Part shown: piece after piece, positions 25,321 to 33,215 of the stretch
How the letters are laid out: each line of letters begins with the position of its first letter
How positions within the stretch are numbered: position 1 is the stretch's first letter
From: an uncultured bacterium
GTDB taxonomy: Bacteria; Cyanobacteriota; Vampirovibrionia; LMEP-6097
NCBI GenBank assembly: GCA_903930015.1
Contig: CAIYXB010000079.1
Coordinates: forward strand, 1-39,158
DNA: 39,158 nucleotides
Reading direction: 5' to 3'
Notes under the pieces: model-generated
Database searches by the model: none
What the model was told of the DNA's origin: nothing
Seen by the model: the letters and a program-made list of their open reading frames with translations, nothing else
Translations under genes and position numbers: made by a program

Positions 25321-25470
25321 TTGAGTGAGTCAAAGGCGAACGAAAATATATTACCAAAATACAAGCAACTCTAAAGTACCACTTTATACTTATGCACAAG
25401 CCCTTAATTCAGCATGCGAAACGAGACCCAGGCTCGCAGAGCCATGAACAAGGGTGAATCTCTAGCTACA
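25321..25470 (+). repeat. repeat Y copy 2 ending in the Z motif (25453-25470)
   Basis: Direct repeat of 22832-22983. Ends 22 nt from the stop codon of the minus-strand TIGR04141-like gene. Confidence 0.6.
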
Positions 25471-25491
25471 CCCCCCTATCTTTTTTAAAGA

Positions 25492-27327
25492 CTATTCATC
25501 AAGATCACTCTTGCAAATTTGACATATCTTTAAGTCAAAATCATATTTTTTAACTTCTTGATTTAGCTGAAAAATAGAGAACTTTGCAATATTTGATTCA
25601 AAGGATTCAATATCTGTGATCGATCTTATCGTAGAAGCTTCATCTACAAAAGCTAAACAAAATTCAATTCTTTTTTTGCTCCTAAATAAATCAATGAAAT
25701 CAGATTCAGAATATCTTGATAGCCAATCACTAAATTTTCTAAAATATTCATCCTCACCTTTTGATACTCGAACAGCTTTTTCGTAAACTTTTTTTAAAAA
25801 CTCACCTTTCTTTGTTTTTATAAGATCTTCATGAAGTCTTCTTGCTGAGACTTGGATTTGGCTAGAAAGCTCACGAATAGAATTATTAAATCCTTTCTTC
25901 ACATGAATAATTTGTATAGAATCTTCATTCACCTTAATAAGATCACAGAGTTCAATATTCTCAACAATTAACCTATCAAGTACAATAAAATTTGCATTCC
26001 TATAGAACGAAATATTAAAATCTTTTTCTTTCTTATGCTTGAGAATGTTCCAAGGTACACCAATAACAGAATTATCAAGATGCGTATCTAGTAAAGTTCT
26101 TATCCCACTATTAAGGTTGTCAATAAAATTCCTTTTTACTATATACCAAAGTCCATCAATAAGAAAATAAGTTTGTTTCTTAAATTCAAACTCACCATGA
26201 ATATGACTAGTCAAAGAGCCTACAGTACAGACTTTACCGTCATAATCAAACGATGTAATATTAATGTTTTTAATGAGTCTTAAAAAACTTTCTTTATCGA
26301 TATCACTATATTGTGAAGATACTTTAAGCAACTTAAATATTTCTATCGGTCTAGTCAAAGATACTTCATCAATTATTGCTTCAAAACTTCTACCAATAGT
26401 TATTTTATACTCATTCGCACATAAATACTTTTCATAATCTTTATGACACAGATCAAATTCATTAAAAGGATCATTTGCATTTTCAATATTACAATATTTT
26501 TTGAATAGTTCTTCACCGATATGTTCATTAAGACTATCTCGTAGTTCCTTGCCACGCTTTCCATTTTTACTTAGAGATTTAATTTGACTTAAATCTATTG
26601 TCGACTTCATTCTTAAAATAGTGCTAAGTTTCTTTAAAATAAGTGTAATTTCATAAGGATCTAATATCTTTTTAAGGAGGAATGATGACTTCGCCTCACA
26701 AGTTAAGTTCTTTTTTATATCTTTCTCATTAAAACCTAACTGCTTTTGAAGAACACCTTGATCTAATTCTGCTCTAATCACTTTATAAACACTTCCAAAG
26801 TTATCTTCCTCTGTGATTCTTTGATCATCTCGAAAAAAACGTGTGTTAGCTATAATTTGTCCAGTTAAAATTCTTTCTTGTACTGATTTCACTGATTTAG
26901 AACTTGATGAAATTAACTTTTCAAGTATATTTAAGCCAAAATCATCAACAACAAAAGGTTGAATAATATGATGGCCATAACCTCCTGTAACCGCAAAAAT
27001 ATTTTTTCCATCAGAAAAGAAACAAACAAACGATGGAATATTATTTGTTTTTAAATTGTATTTCAAATCATCAGTCATCAAAGTTGATAAGAATTTATAC
27101 CAAGTTGCCTCTCTTGAAAATACACCACTGTAAATGTAAATATCAAAATTATTTAATTCTAATCCACTAACAGTCTTTCTCTCTTCAAATTTTTTCTTTT
27201 CACCCTTATTATAAAATTCAATAACTTTATTACAAATTTCCTTATGATCAACCAAACCTGTTTTCTGTGATATCAAATCAAGATTTAATAGATAGATGCC
27301 AGTCTGTATACCAGATTTACTTCCCAT
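25492..27327 (-). CDS. TIGR04141/DUF6119-like protein with a C-terminal PD-(D/E)xK-like motif (putative nuclease)
   Basis: C-terminal ...VLDRLIVENIELCDLIKVNEDSIQIIHVKKGFNNSIRELSSQIQVSARRL. Start preferred at the ATG at 27327 (GGGAG Shine-Dalgarno) over the TTG at 27360. Family call is from memory of family signatures and needs an HMM search. Confidence 0.5.
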   Translation of the reverse strand: MGSKSGIQTGIYLLNLDLISQKTGLVDHKEICNKVIEFYNKGEKKKFEERKTVSGLELNNFDIYIYSGVFSREATWYKFLSTLMTDDLKYNLKTNNIPSFVCFFSDGKNIFAVTGGYGHHIIQPFVVDDFGLNILEKLISSSSKSVKSVQERILTGQIIANTRFFRDDQRITEEDNFGSVYKVIRAELDQGVLQKQLGFNEKDIKKNLTCEAKSSFLLKKILDPYEITLILKKLSTILRMKSTIDLSQIKSLSKNGKRGKELRDSLNEHIGEELFKKYCNIENANDPFNEFDLCHKDYEKYLCANEYKITIGRSFEAIIDEVSLTRPIEIFKLLKVSSQYSDIDKESFLRLIKNINITSFDYDGKVCTVGSLTSHIHGEFEFKKQTYFLIDGLWYIVKRNFIDNLNSGIRTLLDTHLDNSVIGVPWNILKHKKEKDFNISFYRNANFIVLDRLIVENIELCDLIKVNEDSIQIIHVKKGFNNSIRELSSQIQVSARRLHEDLIKTKKGEFLKKVYEKAVRVSKGEDEYFRKFSDWLSRYSESDFIDLFRSKKRIEFCLAFVDEASTIRSITDIESFESNIAKFSIFQLNQEVKKYDFDLKICQICKSDLDE

Positions 27328-27462
27328 GAACTCCCTATCTAAACCATTGCTCCATTCCAAAGATAAATTAGTTTAATTTCAATATCATTAATTATTTTTT
27401 GATTAGCATTAAAGGCATAATCTAAATTTTCAAGTTCTATATTCATACACATCAGATCAAAA

Positions 27463-29343
27463 TTAAACTATTTTCTTTTTCTCAAGAAGCTTAGCTTTAA
27501 AATGAGCCTGAGACTCACGCTTTACTTCATCAAGAAAATTACTCTCTTCAATCTCTTTAAATTGTTCATTACTAATATTTTTTCGTTGTTTTGATTGTAT
27601 ACCCAATCCATCATTAATTCTCTTGCTTACAAAACGTTGTATCCAAGCAAAATCAGTAAAGCGAGGGTTCAGGACTCTGCTTTTAAACTTTAGATTCAAT
27701 TCTTTCAATATGTCCGTCACTATACTTTTTGCTTTTTCATTTAATAAATTTTTACTTGCTTGACGTTTATTTTTTGGCTTTGGCGTTTTTTTAACAAAGG
27801 AGTCTACTTTATAACCTTTATTACTCAACACTTCTAAAAATTTTAATTTCTGAGCGCTGTCCATATTTGCAAAATCAGATAGAGCTTCTTTAACTTTTTC
27901 ATCTTCAAGATCAATAAAATCTGAAGAAAAGTCAAGTAAATTCTCACCCGTTTCTCTTATTGCAGCAAGTTTTTCATCTTTTTGATTATTTGTATCGGTT
28001 TCTATATCAAAATTTACAAAGGAGTCCTCTAAGTTACCTTTACTATCATCCACAGAAATTTCAAGTTTACTAATAAAATCCTGATCTTCTTCATCAAATA
28101 ATTTAAATTCATCAAATCTTTCAATCTGATTCAAACCAAGATGTGAAACAACCCAACACTCATTAGTCTCAGCATGCTTTCGAATTACCCTACCAATAAA
28201 TTGAATATATGGATTAAGCGACCTGAATGGCTTAAAGATTGCAGCAACACCAAGAGGTTTGTGATCGAAACCTTCTCCCAACATACCAACATTTACGATT
28301 ACGTCAATTTTGTTTTTCTTTAACTTATCTAATACTTCACTGTTATCACTTTCAGTTTCTTTTGAATTAACAAGTCCTACTTTTAATCCCATTCTTTCAA
28401 AAGCGGGTTTAACGAATTCTCTTGCATGCCTTATAGTCATTGCAGCTGCAATAATCTGATGGTTTTGATTTGGGAACTTCGTTTTTAAGACATTAAGCTT
28501 TTCAACTGCTTTTTGAGCAATAGAAGCACAACAGTCTTCAGACATAGCAACACTACGTCTAAACCAAGCATCATCTTTAAGTTTCATAATGTCACTAAGA
28601 GAATATTCTTTCCCAGCTTCATCTAAAAATCTTAATTCAACTTGTTCTGGAGAAACATTACTCGTTCTAATATTTCTAATAATTCGATCTCTAATCGCAT
28701 CCTTAAAGTGATAAGTATAGATCTTTTCCCCATCAAGCTTTTTACCATCAGACCGAAAAGGAGTCGCAGTAAGTCCAATTATTTTTGCATTTGAAAAAAA
28801 ATCTATAATCGTCTTATAGGTATTTGCTTCTTGATGATGAGCTTCATCAATTATAACGAGATCAACATCATCGCTTCTGCTTGCAAAAAACTTTTCAATA
28901 TCATTGAGTTGATGATAATTTCCAATAATTATTTGATGTTCGTCAACATCCGAATTATTAACAGTCGAATCAAGAACCAATGTAAAAAGTTCTGATTCCG
29001 TCAATTCTTTATCTGATAAAAGCTCTAGTGCTTTATAAATATTTGCTCCAGGGTTCTCAGTTATGTCCAGATCATCATTTATTTGAGTTGCTAAAGCTTT
29101 ATTCGGTGTAATAATAAGAGTTTTTTTCTTACACAATCCAAAAGGCAGTATTGCAATTAGAGCCGACTTCCCTGTACCTGTAGGCATTTGAATCAGTGTT
29201 TGTCGATTATAATTTTTTTTAGAATAATGCTGAAGTGCTGAACTAAATGCTTCAGTTTGGCATTCTCTTAACTTCTTTCTAGAAATCTCTATTTCACTAA
29301 ATACATTACTCATCTGATTAATAATATCCAAATTACTAAACAT
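27463..29343 (-). CDS. SF2 DEAD/DEAH-box helicase (ResIII + Helicase_C type) with a C-terminal extension of about 200 aa
   Basis: Motif I MPTGTGKS, Ia IITPNKAL, II IIDEAHHQ, III GLTATPFR, VI QFIGRVIR. Confidence 0.8.
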   Translation of the reverse strand: MFSNLDIINQMSNVFSEIEISRKKLRECQTEAFSSALQHYSKKNYNRQTLIQMPTGTGKSALIAILPFGLCKKKTLIITPNKALATQINDDLDITENPGANIYKALELLSDKELTESELFTLVLDSTVNNSDVDEHQIIIGNYHQLNDIEKFFASRSDDVDLVIIDEAHHQEANTYKTIIDFFSNAKIIGLTATPFRSDGKKLDGEKIYTYHFKDAIRDRIIRNIRTSNVSPEQVELRFLDEAGKEYSLSDIMKLKDDAWFRRSVAMSEDCCASIAQKAVEKLNVLKTKFPNQNHQIIAAAMTIRHAREFVKPAFERMGLKVGLVNSKETESDNSEVLDKLKKNKIDVIVNVGMLGEGFDHKPLGVAAIFKPFRSLNPYIQFIGRVIRKHAETNECWVVSHLGLNQIERFDEFKLFDEEDQDFISKLEISVDDSKGNLEDSFVNFDIETDTNNQKDEKLAAIRETGENLLDFSSDFIDLEDEKVKEALSDFANMDSAQKLKFLEVLSNKGYKVDSFVKKTPKPKNKRQASKNLLNEKAKSIVTDILKELNLKFKSRVLNPRFTDFAWIQRFVSKRINDGLGIQSKQRKNISNEQFKEIEESNFLDEVKRESQAHFKAKLLEKKKIV

Positions 29344-29456
29344 TTGCTTGAATTTAGCTAATCCATATTAACAAAACTGTCCATTCAATAGCTTCTTTTT
29401 ATCTAACAATATTACTACCTGGCCAAACCACACAAAATCCTTTAAAATAAAGCTCT

Positions 29457-31010
29457 ATGCAATACTTCCTCTACGCCCGCAAATCTTCTGAATCAGAAGA
29501 TAGACAAATGCTATCCATTGAGGCTCAAATCCAGGAGTTAAAGGACTTTGCGAAGAAAAACAACTTAGAGATAGTCAAAACCTTCACTGAATCCATGTCA
29601 GCCAAGGCACCTGGGAGGACTGTCTTTAATCAAATGCTGACCGAGCTTGAATGTGGTACGGCTGATGGCATACTGGCTTGGCATCCTGACCGTCTTGCAC
29701 GAAACATGTTTGACGGTGGAAAACTTCTGCACCTTATCGACAAGAATATAATTACTGATCTTAAATTTCCTAGTTTTTATTTCGACAAATCGGCTAATGG
29801 AATTTTTAATCTCTCTATTGCTTTTTCTCAGGCTCAATACTTTGTTCAAGGACTCAGAGAGAATGTCCTAAGAGGAATTAGACAGAAACTAAGACGCGGG
29901 GAATATCCAGGCAAGGCTCCTTACGGCTATATCAATAACCTAAAAACTAAAACAATAGAACCAGATCCTGAATATTTTCACATAATCCAAAAACTACTTA
30001 ATAAATTCTCTGAAGGCAATATGACTCAAGCAATGTTCAGAAAAGAATTATTTAATCATGGTTTACAAACCAAGAACGGTAACCAATTAAACTATGCTTC
30101 ACTATTTCATATTCTCACGAATCCATTCTACTATGGGGTCTTTAGGCTAAATGGCGAGCTTCATCAAGGCTCACATCAGCCAATGATCTCTAAAGAAACT
30201 TATGACAAGATTCAAGAAGTTCTTAAAAGCAAAACTAGAAAAGTAAATCACTCAGAAGAAAAGAAAAAAGAAAAAAACTATCTCTTCCAGGGTCTTGCTC
30301 GCTGTGGTAATTGTGGCTATGGAATCGTTCCAGAATGGCACAAGAAGAAATCTGGTTTGGTTTTTAAGTATTATCGTTGTAGCCGTAAGTCTAGAGTCTG
30401 CACTTGTGATGAAAAACCAGTAAACGAGAATCATCTTGCACAGCAAGTAGAAGAATTTATCAGCCACATAGCTATGCCTAATGATTGCTATAAAAAACTT
30501 CAAGAAAGAACCAAGCAATGGGCGGACGAAGATACTAAAAACTCTAAAGTGGCACTTCAGGGTTTATCTACAGAACTAACAAGTATCCAAAATAAGCTTA
30601 ATCAGCTTCTTGATCTTCAACTAGACGGTGAGATCTCCGTAGCTGAATACAAAAACAAAAAAAACACTTTAATCGAGAAAAAGGCCAATTTAGAAGATCA
30701 AAAAGCCAAAGTTTTAGCTAAAGGCTCAATTTGGGTTGAACCACTAGAAGATTGGATGAAAACCTGTAACCAAGCCGCTCAAAGCCTAAAGAGTCAAAAC
30801 TTTCAAGAGATGAATCGTATTCTTCAAAAAATCGGGTTGAACCACAGAATCTCGAAGAAAAAACTAGATATACAGTTTGTTAAACCCTATGATTTTTTGT
30901 TTGAAATCCAGCCACTGACTGACAGCTGCAGCAGCCCTGTAAAATTTACAGACATAACTAATCATCAAACGCAAAGAAGCAGCGCGTTAGCGCGAGACGC
31001 CCGAGGCTGA
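29457..31010 (+). CDS. large serine recombinase (resolvase domain + recombinase domain + zinc ribbon + coiled coil)
   Basis: YARKSSESEDRQ catalytic-serine region. LAWHPDRLARN. CGNCGYGIV...YYRCSRK zinc ribbon. Coiled-coil LNQLLDLQLDGEISVAEYKNKK. The last 42 or so codons lie inside repeat X. Confidence 0.85.
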   Translation: MQYFLYARKSSESEDRQMLSIEAQIQELKDFAKKNNLEIVKTFTESMSAKAPGRTVFNQMLTELECGTADGILAWHPDRLARNMFDGGKLLHLIDKNIITDLKFPSFYFDKSANGIFNLSIAFSQAQYFVQGLRENVLRGIRQKLRRGEYPGKAPYGYINNLKTKTIEPDPEYFHIIQKLLNKFSEGNMTQAMFRKELFNHGLQTKNGNQLNYASLFHILTNPFYYGVFRLNGELHQGSHQPMISKETYDKIQEVLKSKTRKVNHSEEKKKEKNYLFQGLARCGNCGYGIVPEWHKKKSGLVFKYYRCSRKSRVCTCDEKPVNENHLAQQVEEFISHIAMPNDCYKKLQERTKQWADEDTKNSKVALQGLSTELTSIQNKLNQLLDLQLDGEISVAEYKNKKNTLIEKKANLEDQKAKVLAKGSIWVEPLEDWMKTCNQAAQSLKSQNFQEMNRILQKIGLNHRISKKKLDIQFVKPYDFLFEIQPLTDSCSSPVKFTDITNHQTQRSSALARDARG

Positions 31011-31071
31011 TCGAAGCGAAGCCGAGGGCTGGCTTAAAGCCAAAGCGTATTCGGTTGTCAGAGTGGTACCG
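30885..31071 (-). repeat. repeat X (right inverted repeat of the island)
   Basis: Reverse complement of X' (22573-22786). Overlaps the recombinase 3' end and the last 8 nt of the tRNA. Confidence 0.7.
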
Positions 31072-31152
31072 ATGGCCGGACTTGAACCGGCACAGGAATT
31101 AATTCCCGACAGATTTTAAGTCTGTTGCGTCTACCGATTCCGCCACATCGGC
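31064..31152 (-). tRNA. trnL: tRNA-Leu(UAA), class II, CCA-encoded, no intron
   Basis: Folded by hand. Acceptor GCCGATG/CATCGGT (G1-U72 wobble). D-arm GCGGAATCGGTAGACGC. Anticodon stem ACAGA/TCTGT with loop CTTAAAA. Long variable arm GGAATTAATTCC. T-arm GCCGGTTCAAGTCCGGC. Discriminator A followed by CCA. Confidence 0.9.
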
Positions 31153-31271
31153 ACAGGAGAGAGTCATTTTGTAGACCAGACTTTAGAAGATTCTACACTA
31201 AGAAGAAAAATGTAAACATTAAGACTTAACTAGAGTTCTGGTGAAAATCCTAAAAGGGTTTCAGCAGAACT

Positions 31272-31868
31272 CTAATTGTATTGACTCAATAAATAATTAT
31301 AAGCGCTGCTTAGTGAATTCATCATTTCGTTTGTGTCTTCTTTTGTAAGATCTGGATGAATTAAACTAACCATTTTTCTATAAGCTTTTTTAATAACAGC
31401 AAAATCTAATTTTTGATCTAATCCAATATACAAAGAAGATCTTGCCCATATTTCTTTTTCTATAGACAAGTCTAAATTAATATCTGGGCGCTTTTCAAAA
31501 TTCAAAGAAGCTCCTTGAGAAAAACCTTCATTGAAATTTTTTCTCGCTTCTCTTTCCCTTTCATCAAGAAGCTTTTCTAGCTTTTTGATTTTACGCTCAA
31601 ACTTGTTTTTATTAAGAAGTAACTCTTGTATCAACTTATCATGACCAAAAGGTCTTTCCATATTTGAATAAATTATTTCTAAAATATCTAAATTTTCGTA
31701 TATAAACGTTCTTGGAATACCAAGTTCAAGAGCAATACTTCCTGGATGAATCTCCTGTCCGTTTACTTTTAGCGTTTCAATTATTCTAAGAATTTTTGCT
31801 TTATCTATACCTAGATCTTCAAAGCTAGGCATTACGATATTTGTAGAATTTTTGCTTTGATTAAGCAT
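31272..31868 (-). CDS. J-domain-containing protein
   Basis: C-terminal IKKAYRKMVSLIHPDL...SSAYNYL (HPD motif). The N-terminal region may be HTH-like. Confidence 0.55.
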   Translation of the reverse strand: MLNQSKNSTNIVMPSFEDLGIDKAKILRIIETLKVNGQEIHPGSIALELGIPRTFIYENLDILEIIYSNMERPFGHDKLIQELLLNKNKFERKIKKLEKLLDEREREARKNFNEGFSQGASLNFEKRPDINLDLSIEKEIWARSSLYIGLDQKLDFAVIKKAYRKMVSLIHPDLTKEDTNEMMNSLSSAYNYLLSQYN

Positions 31869-31912
31869 AAGATAAGCATAATTATTATCTCACATAAAGA
31901 GCAATTCACTAA

Positions 31913-32440
31913 TCAGCTCTTAGTTTTAGACTTTTTTTTCTTTCTATAAACAGAAGGTGACTGAGTTAAAGGATTATTCTTATCCCAGATACCTAAACCA
32001 CTAGCTTTTGCACTAATCTCAGCATTTTTTAGTCGCCCTAGATACTTAAGGTCTTTTGTAAAAGAATAAAGTTCAGCAGATCCTGAACTAATCATTTTTT
32101 CATTAATCAAAACTTCTTTGTCTTTATCGGCAAAAGCGTAGGCGAGGTGCCTTTTATACTTATCAATTTTTTGGATATCATATTCAAGAAAAATTATCAT
32201 ATCTTCACCTATTAATTTTTCTAATACAACTTTGGAATTGGGTCCCCAAGGTTTTTGTTTTGACTCTGGTGCATCAATCCCTAAAAGCCGAACTTGATAC
32301 TCATTACAGTCAATACAAGGATAATCCTTTACCAAAAATGAATCGCCATCAAAAACTTTTAATACTTCAACTGCATCAAGCTCAGTTTTTATACATGCCG
32401 ATAAAAGACATAAGCAAAAGAAAATACATAAGATTCGCAT
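31913..32440 (-). CDS. thermonuclease (staphylococcal nuclease-like) lipoprotein
   Basis: Lipobox LLSAC. VRLLGIDAPE motif typical of SNase homologues. Confidence 0.8.
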   Translation of the reverse strand: MRILCIFFCLCLLSACIKTELDAVEVLKVFDGDSFLVKDYPCIDCNEYQVRLLGIDAPESKQKPWGPNSKVVLEKLIGEDMIIFLEYDIQKIDKYKRHLAYAFADKDKEVLINEKMISSGSAELYSFTKDLKYLGRLKNAEISAKASGLGIWDKNNPLTQSPSVYRKKKKSKTKS

Positions 32441-32500
32441 AAATACTCATTCTACACGAGCTAAAGACAGCAAGACCTGATTTCTAGTAATATTACTTAA

Positions 32501-33214
32501 GTGGAAAAAGCTCCAAAAGCCTATAAATATATTGATTACATAATGGCAGCCTTTGTAACGGTGCTCTTAATATCAAATATAGTAGGCAGTATCAAAATCA
32601 CTAAAATTTGCTTGTGGGATGAATTTTGTTTTAGTGCAACAACTGGACTTTTTCTTTTTCCTGCAAGTTATTTAATAGGAGACCTCTTAACAGAAGTCTA
32701 TGGTTATTCAAAAAGTCGAAAAGTAATTTGGACTGGATTTGCTTGCCTGCTTGCAACAAATTTAATAATATTGTTTTTCAGATTTTTACCTAGCGATCCA
32801 TCTTGGGGACTAGAAGCTGAATATACAAAAATTTTTAGCCAAAGCTTAAGAGTGAGCCTTGCAAGTATGGTTGCATATTTCTGTGGCGAATTTACAAATA
32901 GTTTAGTTATTGCAAAATTAAAAGTTCTAACAAAAGGCAAATACCAAGCGCTTCGTATTATTGGATCAACTGCCGCAGGAGAGTTAGTAGATTCTATCTT
33001 AATACTCTTTCTTGGTTTTTATGGAGCACCAGGTTACCCTCTAGAACTCATGCTTAAAGTGCTTGTAGTTAACTATAGTTTTAAAGTTGCCTGGGAGATT
33101 GTCTTTTATCCAGTCACAAAACAATTACTTAAATTTCTCAAAAAAGCAGAGTCAGAAGATTACTATGATATTAATACAGACTTCAACCCATTTCATTTAG
33201 AGGCAAAAAAATAA
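32501..33214 (+). CDS. yhhQ: queuosine-precursor transporter (YhhQ/VUT family)
   Basis: LFPASYLIGDLLTEVYGYSKSRKVIWTGF and multiple TM helices. GTG start is uncertain. Confidence 0.7.
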   Translation: MEKAPKAYKYIDYIMAAFVTVLLISNIVGSIKITKICLWDEFCFSATTGLFLFPASYLIGDLLTEVYGYSKSRKVIWTGFACLLATNLIILFFRFLPSDPSWGLEAEYTKIFSQSLRVSLASMVAYFCGEFTNSLVIAKLKVLTKGKYQALRIIGSTAAGELVDSILILFLGFYGAPGYPLELMLKVLVVNYSFKVAWEIVFYPVTKQLLKFLKKAESEDYYDINTDFNPFHLEAKK

Positions 33215-33215
33215 T

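Larger units (their letters stand above)
22573..31071. mobile_element. tRNA-Leu-associated genomic island bounded by inverted repeats X'/X
   Basis: Serine recombinase next to the tRNA. Inverted terminal repeats. Defence-like and regulatory cargo. A recombinase pseudogene stub. Confidence 0.5.

Noticed and set aside
22964-25470. Z motif copies as a CRISPR array
   Set aside because: There are only four copies with irregular spacing (about 2.3 kb, 23 nt, about 140 nt) and mixed orientation, with protein-coding genes between them. No cas genes are present.
31064-31152. Group I intron in tRNA-Leu(UAA), as found in cyanobacteria and plastids
   Set aside because: The anticodon loop is uninterrupted, and the 89-nt gene folds as a complete class II tRNA.
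31231-31274. 10-bp hairpin (tagagttctg/cagaactcta) overlapping the J-domain gene stop, as a terminator
   Set aside because: There is no U-tract on the minus strand after the stem. It may still be an RNA processing or stability element upstream of the tRNA, but the evidence is too weak for a feature call.
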